The position numbers and the translations under genes are program-made. Below the pieces are notes generated by a model. It worked only from the letters and a program-made list of their open reading frames with translations, was not told the origin of the DNA and searched no databases. A stretch of DNA of 63,486 bases, the filler included, from Rhabdomonas costata (Eukaryota): NCBI GenBank assembly GCA_019059605.1. It is 57 parts of 57 records of this genome, joined end to end, with 100 filler letters (N's around TTAATTAATTAA, not from the genome) between each part and the next. Parts side by side here need not be neighbours in the genome. Positions count along the whole stretch, not along the records: positions 61,356 to 62,370 come from JAHMHO010033427.1; positions 62,471 to 63,486 come from JAHMHO010033428.1; 55 more parts are not named here. The stretch is one strand, 5' to 3'. Positions 62,232-63,486 of this stretch are shown piece after piece (positions within the stretch are counted from its first letter, which is position 1; each line of letters begins with the position of its first letter).

Positions 62232-63486
62232 GTGCAGGTGAGGCTGCTGAGGGACCGGCGGGGGTGGCCGGCTCGGAGGTAGCGATGATTCCTACCGCGG
62301 CAGCCACGAGTCTGTCGCGTACGTGCATTGCGCGAGGCTCCACACAACCAGGCACAGCATCCACCCCACANNNNNNNNNNNNNNNNNNNNNNNNNNNNNN
62401 NNNNNNNNNNNNNNTTAATTAATTAANNNNNNNNNNNNNNNNNNNNNNNNNNNNNNNNNNNNNNNNNNNNATTTTATCAGGTGAAGCAATTAACTGTCAA
62501 GTCGATCCCTGTGTCGTCCTCCCTGTGGGCTCGAAAAGGTGCCGACTATTGCTCTGAAACCGGTGGCGGTTTACAGCAAACGGCGAAATTTCAGCTGAAG
62601 CTGGAGCATTTTTCTATCCGCCCTGCTGTCGTCCGCTGTCTCGCGCTTTTAGGTCGGGCAGGCGCATGTGTTTTGCATTAGCCTTGATCCTTCCGGTATT
62701 CTCCGGTTTGGGTCGTTAGCTTCCCTGCCCAGACCTGATCGGATTTGTGGCGGTGTCTTATTATTATTGAACATTTTCACTAAATTATGGCTAATAATAG
62801 TTTTTATTAAGCGCGCGTGCCGTATTACACATGAACACGCTAGACAGTCAAAACAAAACATAAAAGAAGCTTGTTGGAGTCCGGTCTTACAAGTAACAGG
62901 AACTTACAAGTAAAATATTGGAAAACTCTCAAAAGAACTAAAAGCTTTGAAGCGGATTAATTCTAAAGCCTGATGTTTGGTTTGGAAAACACGACCAGAA
63001 ATTTTCAGACACATTTCAGCGGTAGACTTGCCCTTTTAATAAATCGAAAGCAATTCAGGGGAAAACACGCAATACTGTACAAAACAGGGGCTCCAATAAA
63101 GGACGAGTGGATGAAAAAGCAAAATGTAACGCAAGGGGACTCGAACCAAGGTGCGGATTGAGGCTGCTGTCTATGTTTTGCGTCTTCTTTGTGGAAGAAG
63201 GCGTGGGACGTGGAGTTCAAAAGTCTCTGGCGTTCGTAAAAAAGACGTCGTCGTTACGCTAGTTGAACGGTGCGGCAAACGTTTTTGGTCTATAAAAAGC
63301 ACACACAATAAAAAGAGAATGAAAATGTATCAACAAATAGAAGGAATGGACGCACTTTCTTCATACAGTGATACACGAATAAGATGTAACGACAGACAAA
63401 CACACGTGAAATAGAAAGACAATGTAGTAGTGTCAAGGTGGTGATGTTGAGAACTGGAAAGCTTGCTGGAGCCGTCGGAGTTAAGT

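Noticed and set aside
1017-62470. Regularly spaced TTAATTAATTAA repeat with ~1-kb unique intervals (CRISPR- or cassette-like periodicity)
   Set aside because: It is an artificial six-frame-stop linker embedded in Ns. Gene neighbourhoods across linkers and ORFs running into X are meaningless.
63130-63160. B-box GGTTCGAGTCC on the minus strand, possible tRNA
   Set aside because: No convincing T-stem, acceptor stem or D-arm could be folded.

Overview
This is not a contiguous locus. It is 57 unrelated contigs of about 1.0 kb, joined by 56 artificial 100-nt spacers (N44-TTAATTAATTAA-N44), so adjacency carries no biological meaning. Many contigs start with G/T-only and end with A/C-only runs, some matching a GenomePlex-type primer, which indicates whole-genome-amplified DNA. 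The source is an intron-rich eukaryote, most likely a euglenid, judged from Euglena-type signatures in a cox1 fragment. Nuclear exons with GT-AG boundaries include cyclophilin, Hsp70, the TOR FAT domain, two protein kinases, a GH47 mannosidase, PNKP, a PstS-like domain, a TPP enzyme, a histidine kinase, an SLBP-like domain, a MORN protein and several transporters; an intronless alpha/beta-hydrolase fragment is also present. Transposon debris includes two related CCHC gag copies, an NPPW adenine-methyltransferase domain, a Helitron-like ORF and a 2A/StopGo-like motif. The stand-out is contig 31223-32238, a mitochondrial-type cox1 missed by the ORF track. Seven in-frame TAG codons fall at Tyr positions, including the invariant W-T-L-Y-P-P written TGA ACT CTC TAG CCT CCT. 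This points to a mitochondrial code with UAG=Tyr and UGA=Trp. That copy is itself frameshifted and internally deleted. All protein assignments come from motif recognition, not database searches.
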